From NCBI RefSeq assembly GCF_032191835.1, contig NC_083237.1, positions 38,254,001 through 38,318,000 of the forward strand: DNA of 64,000 nt. The letters are read 5' to 3'. The DNA comes from Heteronotia binoei. Its lineage: Eukaryota. The notes beneath the pieces are model-generated. The model searched no databases. It was not told the origin of the DNA and saw only the letters and a program-made list of their open reading frames with translations. The position numbers and the translations under genes were made by a program. Shown one piece after another: positions 12,411 to 22,637 of this stretch (its first letter is position 1; each line of letters opens with the position of its first letter).

Positions 12411-13417
12411 ACTATGTGTAGTGCTGAACAGTGTTCCTAAAATGACTTTGAGAAGTCAAGATAATAATAGGCAATAATTCAGATAGCCTTTGTTAGTGAA
12501 TGTATTGCTTAATTGGTTTATTTTAACAAAATTAAAAATCAAAGATTTCTACAGAAAATTTTTTAGTCTCATGTGAAAACTGTACTCCTCTACTCCACAG
12601 CTAACATTGAGCTTTATAAGGCGTGCCAAATCATGTTTTTTCCCCCCCTCTCTTTCTCTTTTTTTCCTGTGAACAGGGAATCAAATCACAAAGGAGACCA
12701 TTAAAGTACTTTCTACACTTTGAAACTCAGAATTGGATAGAGGTCATGCAAATATTACACCTGAGTACTAATTTTATTTCTTTAAGCATAAGCAAGACTT
12801 ATACATATAACTGTTAAAACCAATGAGTAAAGAATTCATGGAACATGACAGAAACACTCAGATTTCTAAAAATAAATTTCAGTAATCTTATAAAAGTTAT
12901 TTTTTCTTTTGCATGTTTCACCCAAGCAATTGTCTTTATATCCCGCCTCCCAAAACAGATCCGATGGGGGAACATGTAGTTACATAATCCTTTTTACTAC
13001 ATCTTCTTTCACTAAAGAATGGAAGAGTTAGGACTGCAGCTTAAAGGGGGAATGTTGTACGTAGGGAGAGGCTATTTAACCCTCCCCATTAGCCCCTTTT
13101 CTTCATTAAAAGTTCTTCCCCAGGATACTTGATGGATACATGTAAGCCCCTTTTCACAAAATGAATAGAACCACTTGGGGGTATATATTTGCTTCTCAAT
13201 TAAACAACATAAAAAAGGTGTTGAGGTTAAATGTTCTAGTATCTGGAAGACTCAGTTTCAAATCTTGTACCACTGAAGACTGCTGGGTAACCTTGGCTCA
13301 GTTATATTCTTTCAATCTAACATCCCTCACAGGGTTGTTATGAGGATAAAATGGTGGAGAGAAGAATGATGTAAGTTCCTTTGCGGTCCCACTTGGGAGA
13401 AAGGCAGGGTAACTCCT

Positions 13418-13526
13418 TCTTGTGGGCATGGAGCAGGGGTAACTGGGAGTGTGGGGGATGGTATTTGTGAATTTCCTGCATTGTGCAGGGAGTTGGACTA
13501 GATGACCTTTGAAGTCCCTTCCAATT
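13418..13526 (+). mobile_element. CR1-tail short repeat, copy 1
   Basis: gggagttggactagatgacctttgaagtcccttccaa is a CR1 3'-end motif; the sequence recurs at 14082-14200. Confidence 0.65.
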
Positions 13527-14075
13527 TTATTTTTAATTTAAAATTTTATTGAGATTTGTATTGCATACAACAGTACTGTAGAATATTGTGGATAAAACAG
13601 CAATTGTGGATAAAACAGCATATATAAGGAATTATTAAGCAAATTAATATAACTATATTACATAAGCTAACATTCGATAGCAGGTGTTAATTAAATACGC
13701 AAAAATAGATTATAAAAACAAAAAACTTAGAAATAGGTCAGAGAATTGCATTGTTCGGTAGAATCTCCTGTTGGGTTAAAACATTGATAACTGGGTACCA
13801 TGGAATTATATTTTTTTCTCATGTGATAACAGTGAAGTAGAATAATAACAACTAAAAGCTATTTTATAGTAAATAAAATTTTCCCAAATGTTATTATACC
13901 AACTTTGGAGTGAAGGTAACTGTACTTCTTTCCATTTTCTGGCTATTAAAGTTTTAGCAATAGATAGCAATAAAACAACCATTTCTTTTTTATGTATTTT
14001 GTTTGTATTCCAATAATTCAATAATATGGTCTCTGGAACTTTAGGAATCATTATTGAGAGCATTAGTTGTGTTTT
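13527..14075 (-). mobile_element. L1-clade LINE 3' fragment
   Basis: ORF with LLLSIAKTLIARKWKEVQLPSLQSWYNNIWE resembles the C-terminus of the L1 ORF2 at 57.5 kb; AATAAA and an A-rich tail on the minus strand. Confidence 0.75.
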
Positions 14076-14081
14076 CTCTTC

Positions 14082-14200
14082 TTCTGGGCATGGAGCAGGG
14101 GTAACTGCAAGTGTGGGGAATGACATTTATAAATTTCCTGCATTGTGCAGGGAGTTGGACTAAATGACCCTGGAGGTCCCTTCCAAATCTATAATTCTAT
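14082..14200 (+). mobile_element. CR1-tail short repeat, copy 2
   Basis: gggagttggactaaatgaccctggaggtcccttccaaatctataattctat. Confidence 0.65.
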
Positions 14201-15319
14201 AATAGCACTCACAATTTGTATTTGGCAATGTGGGATTAGCTGGCTGTTTCAGGTCCAAGTAAGATTTTTTGAACTCTTTCAGATTGGCTACGAAAGGTTT
14301 CTTTTTGCCTGTTTTGCCAAAGATTGGTAATGCTCCTGTAAATAAGCCTGAAATAGACCAGTTAGGGCCCACCAAACTTAATGCGTCCTTTTGCTTAAGT
14401 TACAAATGTCTGATGATTACCCTGAGTCATCTTATGATGAGAGATGCTTTCCAAACTGGTTGTTCTTATGTCTAGACCAGTGCTAGATATCTCCCTTCCC
14501 TGTTCTTTGCTTACTACTATGGTTGCAAATCTGGAATTTGTGCAGAATTGCTACTGATCTCCAGACTGTATATAACCCTTTTCGTGATGGGGGCGGGGAG
14601 GGTGTTTTCAAATCATTACATGACAGCACCCTTATGACTTGACAAGTATGAAATTGCTTCAAAGGTATAGGGAAAAAAATTCAAGATGTTAAATGGTTTT
14701 CAATATAACAAGCATTTATTATAAACAATTAAAAATAAAACTGAATGATAGTATCGATGAACATAACATTTGACGAGACCGGATCCTTAGCGAACAGCAT
14801 CCATTAACACAAGGAAAACAGAGAAAGAAATGGAGGGCTGCTTCTTTCCCATATGCTCTTCAATAGCGCTCGTTGCTCCTGCTCCTGCTGTTGCTGCTAC
14901 TGCTCTGGAATCCTCTCTCCGGCTTGGGTCTGCAAAGAAATTAGTAGTTTCCCTCAGTTAATCCCTGGTCTTTTCTTTCTTGCTGTAGGCCAGACTAATT
15001 CAGTCATGGGGAAAGAGTTTTAACCATATCATCAATCACAACTGGAGATAGACACAAACCAAGAAAATGGAGGTTTGTGAAGGTGTATGGTTTGTGTGGT
15101 CTGGACCATGAACCTCCATGAACTTTCCCACTTAATGAATGAGTTCACAGTTCATGTTCATGATGTTGTACAGCTCAAAAAGTCATTTAAAGGGAAATGA
15201 CACAAACCACATGAATTTCCCAAAGCCACCTGGGAGCCAGCAATAAGAAGGAAAGACTTGTTCCTGCTTTAAAACTGGTGGAGGCTATTGCACAACCTCC
15301 GGCAATTGCCCGTCTCCCA

Positions 15320-15727
15320 TTGCCCCCCCAGTCGGAATGAAGAGGCAGACACAATGTGTTGGGTATAAAAACTGGGCTGCTTTATTGAAAGAACTTGTCA
15401 CACCTATAACTGGCAGGGATTGGGCCTAGAAGGACAAGCCCTAGGGTCACCCCCTGACCCCGCCTTGTCCTGAAGGGTGAGCAACCCTGCCCCCAGCACA
15501 AGCCCACCGTATTCGGGTTGTTGCTGAGCGGCCAGGCCCCAAGCCATTCTCCACCTGGGCTAGCATCAATCCCCCATGGAAAGATCCGCCCAGGTGAGGC
15601 TTTTCCGTGAACTGCATTCCCCGCACTGAGCCGTGTAGCCCATCTGCAGTTCATACAAACCATCCGCACCCCTGGTGCTAGGCCATAGGTGCTCCCCTGA
15701 AAACACTGGCCAAAACATCCTCCAGCC
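15320..15727 (-). repeat. Ngaro terminal repeat B2 (about 405 bp), contains the poly(A) signal
   Basis: Direct repeat of 16086-16491; AATAAA on the minus strand (plus strand tttatt near 15382). Confidence 0.92.
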
Positions 15728-15895
15728 TGTGACCGAACAAATCATACTAACAAACCCTAACACTACAAGGCAGTACAAGGTAGGCGAAAAACAACTCCAC
15801 AAGGGCCAATTCTGTGAAGATGAAAAAATTTCTACCTGGCCCCTTATAAGGCGACCGGTTGAAACCTGTACTGCCAAAAGGGGAGGGCAGGCGGG

Positions 15896-16085
15896 CAGAG
15901 AGCCCGAAACAACTGCGTAGCTCTGGGCGGGGCTGGGGCTTATATAGCCCCGACGCCCGCCCAGAAAAAGCACCCGGATGCGCCGGGGCTGTCACTTTTC
16001 TGCTCCCTCCTTCCGAGGGGGCAAAGATGGCCCCCTGCCTAAACGACGGCGATGCCGTCTCGGCTGGGAAGGGGCCGGACCTTGC
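15896..16085 (-). repeat. Ngaro repeat A2 (about 188 bp)
   Basis: Direct repeat of 21802-21989, about 14 substitutions counted by eye, many at CpG. Confidence 0.92.
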
Positions 16086-16491
16086 CGCCCCAGTCGGAAT
16101 GAAGAGGCAGATACAATGTGTTGGGTATAAAAACCGGGCCGCTTTATTGAAAGAACTTGTCTAACCTATAACTGGCAGGGATGGGGCCTAGAAGGACAAG
16201 CCCTGGGGTCATCCCCTGACCCTGTCTTGTCCTGAAGGGCGAGCAACCCTGCCCCCAGCACAAGCCCGCCATATTTGGGTTGTTGCTGAGCGGCCAGACA
16301 CCAAGCCATTCTCCACCTGGGCTAGCATCAATCCCCCATGGAAAGATCCGCCCAGGTGAGGCTTTTCCGTGATCTGCATTCCCCGCACTGAGCCGTGTAG
16401 CCCATCTGCGGTTCATCCAGACCACCTGCACCCCTGGTGCTAGGCCATAGGTGCTCCCCTGAAAACACTGTGGCCAAAACATCCTCCAGCC
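16086..16491 (-). repeat. Ngaro repeat B1
   Basis: Direct repeat of 15320-15727; abuts A2. Confidence 0.92.
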
Positions 16492-16520
16492 ACCGCCAAC
16501 GCTAAGCCTCTGCTTAGGCA

Positions 16521-17116
16521 TTAGCACCCCAACGGACGGCCCAGAGCCGACTGCAATTCCTGCTGAATCTCCTTTAGAAAGGCCCAGTTGCCCAACTCCG
16601 AAAGATGGACCCCATCCGGCCGATACAGATCGGCATCTTCGACCCGTATGGCCGGATGAGGGAGAAAAAGCCCTAAGCCATTTTCCATGGCTTTCTGCAG
16701 GGCCCTGTTGATCTTGCGTCTAGCGCACTCTATCCCACCAGGTGAAAGGGCGAACCTCCAAATCCTGCGTGGCAATATTGCGGACCATACCAGGACCACA
16801 CCTGGCCGTCTTCGCTTAATTTCCTGGAGATCGGCCAGTGCCTGCAGCGAGAGGGCTTTCCCTTGCATCAATCCTAAGTCATTCCCGCCCAAGTGAATGA
16901 CCAATATGTGCGGAGGAGGTGCCGTCCTCTCTCTGAATAACAATGGCATAATACCCGGCCTGCGGAGGCCACGGCGACCCAGCCACTCCACCACAGCACA
17001 CTCGCTGAGGCCCAGCTGGGTGCCCACTGGAGACCGCCTGGCTTGATGGGCCGCCCAGAACACCATGCTGTGCCCGCAGATGAGAATACGACGCCTCTCA
17101 CTATGAGCCACAGCAC
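16521..17116 (-). CDS. Ngaro SGNH/GDSL-type hydrolase exon with no ATG of its own
   Basis: ICGHS (block I Ser), GRRG (block II), HLGGND (block III) and DGVH (block V) are all present; the ORF track starts it at a GTG. Confidence 0.88.
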
Positions 17117-17145
17117 CTGAAAAAACAGAAAATAGTCAAAAACAG
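17117..17145 (-). promoter_or_regulatory. Predicted 3' splice site upstream of the SGNH ORF
   Basis: Minus strand ...tttttgactattttctgttttttcag|GTGCTGTG: branch-like tgac, polypyrimidine tract and CAG. Confidence 0.75.
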
Positions 17146-17189
17146 ATAATAGCAATGGGCAATAAAACAGTCGCCTCCAAACCTACCCT

Positions 17190-18229
17190 CTAGGTGACCA
17201 ACAGGCGCACGTAGGTTTTAAAAGCTGCAGACCACCACTGGCCAATATGCTGGATAGTGGAGGGAGTGTAACCCATCATAGCAGCTGTGGAAGCGGCCCC
17301 AATCCGGAATGAATGCGTTCTGAACTTGACGCCTGGCTCGTCATGGCCCAAAACTGATATTTGGTAAGAGGGGAGCCCTCGTAATGCCTAAAAAAGGGGC
17401 CTTCGTCCTCACCCCTAAGGCGTGTGTAATGTTCAATGGCCAGAACCGGGCACAACTCGGGCAAAACACACTGCCCAATTGTGATGCTTGACCCCCTCTG
17501 TCGTTGATCAGTTTTGGACCGCCGGACCGTCAAAATAACCTGCTTCTGCCCAATTTTGACATCCCTGGCCTGAAGTGCCCATCCCGAAGTGTCAGTCTTA
17601 GATTGCACCACCACCTCACTAATGCATAACGTGCCAAAAAAGGCCATCAAGGAGGCTGCATGAAACAGAGCGGCCTCGAAAGGGGAAGAACATATACCCG
17701 GCCAAATCCCAAACAGCCCTTTAAGTACTGAAGGGGATATGGGTTGCCGGGCATCCACCCGCGGACCACACTTTCTGGCCCAACCTTCCAACATCTTCCG
17801 GACCCTGAAATCATCCGTATTCTCTGGGAACCCCGGAGCTTTGGTGATAAAGGCCAACGCCGCCAGTTGACCCCTAATTGTCTTCAGCCCCAAACCTCTC
17901 TCTTTCTGGTAAACACAGAACTGCATGATATGCGCCGTCGAAACCGGCCAACTATCGTGCAGTCCAGCAGTGCTCCTAAAAGCCCGGAACTGGGAAGCCG
18001 CCCTGTCATATGCCCTATTGGTACTGGGTGCCAAAGCTAGGCGAATGGCCCGACCGGCCTCTGCTTCCCAAGCTGCCAGAGGTCCAGAGGCATTCGGGTT
18101 GGCCACGGGTCCGCTTCTGAGGCAAGTTGACGGAAACGCTCCATCTGTTGACGAGACAGAGCGTCCGCCACCCTGTTGCACACTCCAGGTACATGCCTCG
18201 CCAGGAATAGAATATTCAACCGGAGGCAA
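17190..18229 (-). pseudogene. Ngaro tyrosine recombinase (frameshifted)
   Basis: VRRSKTDQ and LTKYQF; after a frameshift THSFRIGAASTAA...FKTYVR to TAG at 17190. The first catalytic Arg is replaced (FFGTLCISE versus FFGALRIS in the second element). Confidence 0.92.
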
Positions 18230-19877
18230 TGAAGTGTAAATGACCTTACCAAGTTCATCACAGATTTTGAGGACAAGGAGTTGATAACATGTACTACTGC
18301 CATGTTATCGCACCAGAAAATCATGGAATCTGGGCAAGCTGCTCAGCCCAGAGCCAAACGGCTACTAGAATAGGAAAAAATTCTAAAAAGGTAAGATCCC
18401 TACAGAGCCCATTGTCCAACCATTCTGCAGGCCACTGCTCGGCACACCAGCGGCCCCGAAAGTACACCCCGAAACCATTAGATCCGGCAGTGTCCGAGGA
18501 GATCTGAAGCTCGGCTTCAATCTTCAAATCTTCCCACCAAAAGGAAACACCGTTAAATGATTCCAAAAACTCCTCCCAGACCTCCAGGTCCGCCCGCATA
18601 CCGGCAGTCACTCGGACCCGATGGAGAGGGAGCCGCAACTGCTTCATAGCGTCACAGAGATGCCTCAAAAAGGCCCTACCGGGTGCCACCACTTTGCATG
18701 CAAAGTTGAGGTGGCCCACCACCTGCTGCAGTTCGAGCAGCAAAACCTTCCGCTGTTTCCTCAGCGCAGCTAACCGAATCTTAAGATCCGCAACCTTATT
18801 CTCAGGGAGCCGTGAAGCCTGCTGGACGGTGTCCAGCTCAATGCCTAAGAACGTAAGCACAGTACTGGGCCCCTTGGTCTTCTCATGCGCCAAAGGTACT
18901 CCGAGCTTGAGGGCTAACTCCTGAAAGGACTGTAACAACCTGCCGCATTGCCCCGAGCCCGCTGGACCCACAAAAATGTAGTCGTCCAGGTAATGCGCAG
19001 TATCGCTAAGCCCGGACCTGTCCCTTAACGCCCATTCCACAAAAGAGCTAAAGCGCTCGAATGCGGCGCAGGATACCGAACAACCCATCGGTAGGGCACG
19101 GTCCATATAAAATTTACCTTCAAAACAAAACCCCAGAAGCTCAAAATCATCCGGGTGAACTGGCAAGAGGCGAAATGCCAACTTAATGTCGCATTTCGCC
19201 ATCTCGGCCCCGACGCCGCAACCCCTAACTACCTTGACCGCCTGGTCAAAGGAAGTGTACCATACCGAACATAATTTGTCTGGTATAGCGTCGTTCACCG
19301 ATGCCCCTTTTGGGTAAGACAGATGATGAATAAGGTGATATTCCCCGGGCGCCTTCTTGGGGACCACCTCCAAGGGGGATACACGCAATACGGGTACAGG
19401 AGGGGCATCCAAGGGTCCCAAGACCCGATCCTCCTGGCACTCTTTGGCTATCTTAGCCCTAACCACGTGCTCAAGGCCTGCCACCGAACGAAGATTAGAA
19501 GCCAAACAAGGGGCCCTAGGACCCTGGTAAGGGATCCGAAACCCAAGAGAAAATCCATTCCACAAATACTCGCCGTCAGCTTTACGCGGGTACTTGCTCA
19601 GTAAACTACTGAGCACCCTCAGACGAATGGGGCTGGGCCCCTTTTCCAGGGGGCTGCTGATTGCCTCTGCCGCCGGGGCACTTACCCCCGGCCCTTGGCT
19701 TTGACCGACTACAAGCAGAGAGGGCGTGAGCCCCGCCACAGAGTGGGCACTCATGCTTGAATTTGCAGGGTTTTCTGGGGCACACGCCCTTCGATGCAAA
19801 CTCCCAGCATAACAGCCGGGCTTGAACCACCTGGCCCGCCATAACGTGGGCCCCTGCAGAAAGCTGCTGTTTGTCAA
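18037..19877 (-). pseudogene. Ngaro reverse transcriptase-RNase H (one frameshift near 18321)
   Basis: KCDIKLAFRLLP, LPMGCSVS, HYLDDY, TFLGIELDT; RNase H SDTAGSNGFG, LEFFPI, WCDNMAVV and NRVADALSR. Confidence 0.95.
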
Positions 19878-21141
19878 CTAAATGTCCGCTATCGGACCTG
19901 TCCCCTGAATTTGGCTTTGCCGGGGACATCAACTGCAGCCAAAGCTGCTGGTTGATCTGGTCCCATGGCAACCCCGGGTTAACGGTGGCCCTCATGTGAA
20001 AGGCCTCGTCGTATTGCAGCCAAGCTGTGCCGACGAAATCCGAAATCTGTGCCGATGAAATCGCGAGCCGGCTGCGCCCTTGCGATAACGCCTGTGTATA
20101 TCAGGAAACCGGGCAGCCAATTAGCCCAGGTCCGATCCACTTTCCTGCGCTTCAACTTCTCCTTTTCTTTGTCGTCACGTTCCTCCTTGTCCTTTTTCTC
20201 TAACTCTCTGAAGAGGAGGCTGAAAACATCTACGTATTCTCCACGTAGTATCTTATCCCGCGTGGCTGCCGTTAGATGGTCCCCCAACGTGGCCGCCGTT
20301 AAATGGTCCCCCAACGGCAACGCTGTTTTGCCATATGGGAGCATATGAAACGGGATGCTCGCATATGGATTTGGTGGGTAAAACCAAATACCCCTCTGAA
20401 AATTCGGCCACGCCCCCTGCATCTGCGCGTATTGCTGCCTGCCCCAGGGTAACATGCTGGGAGGGGCCTGCACTGTAGAACCCACCTGTGATGCGGCCAG
20501 GTTGGCCGGTAGGCCAGCGGTCATTAGACCTGGGCTGCCCACTACAAAACCTTGGGGGGCTGCTCCCTGATAGCCCCAAGCCCAAGACAGACACATACCC
20601 CCTTGATCGGCAGATGGTCCACCCTGTCCAAAAACCCACGGTGCTCCCGCTGCTGCAGTAGGGGGGGGGGCGGTAAGTGTGTAGGACCCCAGGGCCACAC
20701 CTGCAGCTACAGAAGGGGAGGCTTACCAACATTCCCAGGGAACGCAACTGCGCCTGCTGGCGGCTGCTGCACGACCTCTTCCGACGCCCCATTGCCATAC
20801 AGCTCTTCTGACGGGCCCTCGTCTGGGTCATCCTCTTGGTCTGGTTCTTGATGTGGTTCAAGCCAAGGCGCTCCACCCTGCAAAGCAGACAGACGAGCCA
20901 GTACTTATTTCTCAAAGGTCAGGCGTGTGGAGCGTCCCGTCACACGGCGACACCCTTCCCAAATGGGAGCTCCCGTAGCGGCTTTCTGTTGTTCCAGGGT
21001 GTCCAACTGGCCTATAATGGCCTGTCTCACTTGGGCCTCTTGCCCTGGGTCCTCAACGGGGCCATGCTGCTGTCCCCATCCCCAAGGGGGTCGGGCAGGT
21101 TGCTTGCCCTTAGATTTACCCTGCCCTTTTTTTGGCACCAT
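19606..21141 (-). pseudogene. Ngaro gag-like ORF1 (stops and frameshifts)
   Basis: MVPKKGQGKSKGK start; LGDHL...KILRGEYVDVFSLL; C-terminal Cys/His finger CWEFASKGVCPRKPCKFKHECPLCGGAHALSAC; aligns with gag at 58807-60320. Confidence 0.88.
20721..20729 (-). promoter_or_regulatory. Predicted 5' splice donor in gag (phase 1)
   Basis: Minus strand TTG|GTAAGC; the exon ends at 20727, 415 nt from the gag ATG at 21141. Confidence 0.7.
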
Positions 21142-21801
21142 ACTGATGTCCTACTAGCACACCCAGGCACAGCCACTACCAACCCCCCTCCAGTAAACCT
21201 TCCCAACAGGCCCAAAATTACCACCGTTACACTCCTCCCACGTGGTGAGTGGGGAGGGGGGGCAAGGGAAGCTGATACTGAATAAAGCAGAAGGCAACAA
21301 TGGGGGGGGGTGGCAACAGGCAGAAGCCAGGCACACACAGCCCCCTAAACACCCAACTGTAACACCCAAGCCAGGGCTCCACCCAGGATATGGTGGGGGG
21401 GGGGAGTTGAGGAGAGCAATGTGAATACAACGTTCACCAATGCCCCTTCCCTGGCCTGCTAAAACTATGGGCTGACGGAGCACTTTTCCAAACTTCTCAT
21501 CCTGGGGGGGGGGGAATGTGATACCCAGTCAGAGCACCCCACACAAACCCTTTCCCCAAAATACTATCCACCCCCTTGCTTCCCAAAGGAAAAAACCGGG
21601 AACCACCGGAGTCAGCCGCCGCTTGCACCTCAAGCCCCGCTCGCGCCCAAAGCTGGGAAACGCCAGAAAAAGCCACCGCTCGTGCCTGCCACCCACCGTC
21701 CGCACAGCATGCAGTCGTTCGCACCCAAAGCCGCCGCTCCAGTAAGTCCCATGATGCTCCCAGGCCTTCCTCCTCGCAGTTCCCCACACGTGGCTCTCCC
21801 T

Positions 21802-21989
21802 CAGAGAGCCCGAAACAACTGCGTAGCTCTAGGCGGGGCCGGGGCTTATATAGCCCTGACGCCCACCCAGAAAAAGCACTCAGATGTGCCGGGTCTGTCA
21901 CTCTTCTGCTCCCTCTTTCCGAGGGGGCAAAGACGGCCCCCAGCCTAAACGACGGCGATGCCGTCTCGGCTGGGAAGGGACCGGACCTT
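21802..21989 (-). repeat. Ngaro 5' repeat A1 with TATA-like motif and GC box
   Basis: Minus strand gggctatataagccccggccccgcc; repeated at 15896-16085 and homologous to 58123-58310. Confidence 0.9.
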
Positions 21990-22439
21990 CCCTTGGATGA
22001 AATCACAAGGGTGGGGGAGAACCTATTTGGGCTCAGCGTGGGACAGTTGATCAATCAGGTAGGGGCTGGCTTTGTTCCTGTTTAAAATAAAGAATGGCTT
22101 ACTCTTTATAAGAAATTTATAAATATTTGTCTTCATGAGGTCTCATTGCTGCATTGCTTGCATTTTGAGAGCTTTATGCAAACTATAGAATTGAAGGTTT
22201 GGAACCAAATAAAATAAATGTTTGGCTTGCTCCATATAGAAAAGTGGGTGGTTCCTTCATGAAGCTTTAGTGCTTGTATCCATGGAGAGTGTTTTGGCCA
22301 GCAATGAAATGGAAGGCGTTGAACATGCTTTTTAAAAAAGATACTCCTTCATTACATACAGCTTAACAAGAAGACATTAAGATTACTGATGAAGTGGCAA
22401 AACGAAACATGTCTATTATAAATAGTTATGCTGTAGTAT

Positions 22440-22637
22440 CAGGGCTTTTTTTTTTGAGCAGAAACACACAGGAATGGAGTTCCATCTGGCTTTGTGTCAG
22501 GGGGTGTGGCCTAATATGCAAATAATTCCTGCTGGGCTTTTTTCTACAAAAAGTCCTGTGTGAAACAAGGTGACATCAAAGCTTGTGGCCTAATATGTAA
22601 ATGAGTTCCTGTGGGCTTTTTCTACAAAAAAGCCCTG
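22440..22637. mobile_element. hAT-type MITE
   Basis: TIR cagggctttttt / aaaaaagccctg; perfect 8-bp TSD tgtagtat (22432-22439, 22638-22645); internal tandem repeat. Confidence 0.9.

Larger units (their letters stand above)
15320..21992 (-). mobile_element. Ngaro-type tyrosine-recombinase (DIRS-order) retrotransposon, structurally complete with decayed ORFs
   Basis: Split direct repeats A1-[gag, RT/RNaseH, YR, SGNH]-B1-A2-spacer-B2, no TSD, and the characteristic ORF order. Confidence 0.95.

Noticed and set aside
14760-14960. Possible minus-strand exon (tttctttgcag acceptor, Ala/Gly-rich frame)
   Set aside because: All frames close quickly and there is no partner exon; more likely a DNA-transposon remnant.
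15320-16491. Repeat-spacer-repeat pattern that could suggest an LTR pair or a CRISPR-like array
   Set aside because: Fully explained by Ngaro split direct repeats; no PBS or PPT, no TSD, and no short regular repeats.
15382-16527. Several ORFs of 80-135 aa over the Ngaro B1/A2/B2 repeats, and many antisense ORFs over both Ngaro elements and the Gypsy element
   Set aside because: Expected by chance in GC-rich repeats and as shadow frames of real ORFs; the duplicates merely reflect the repeats.
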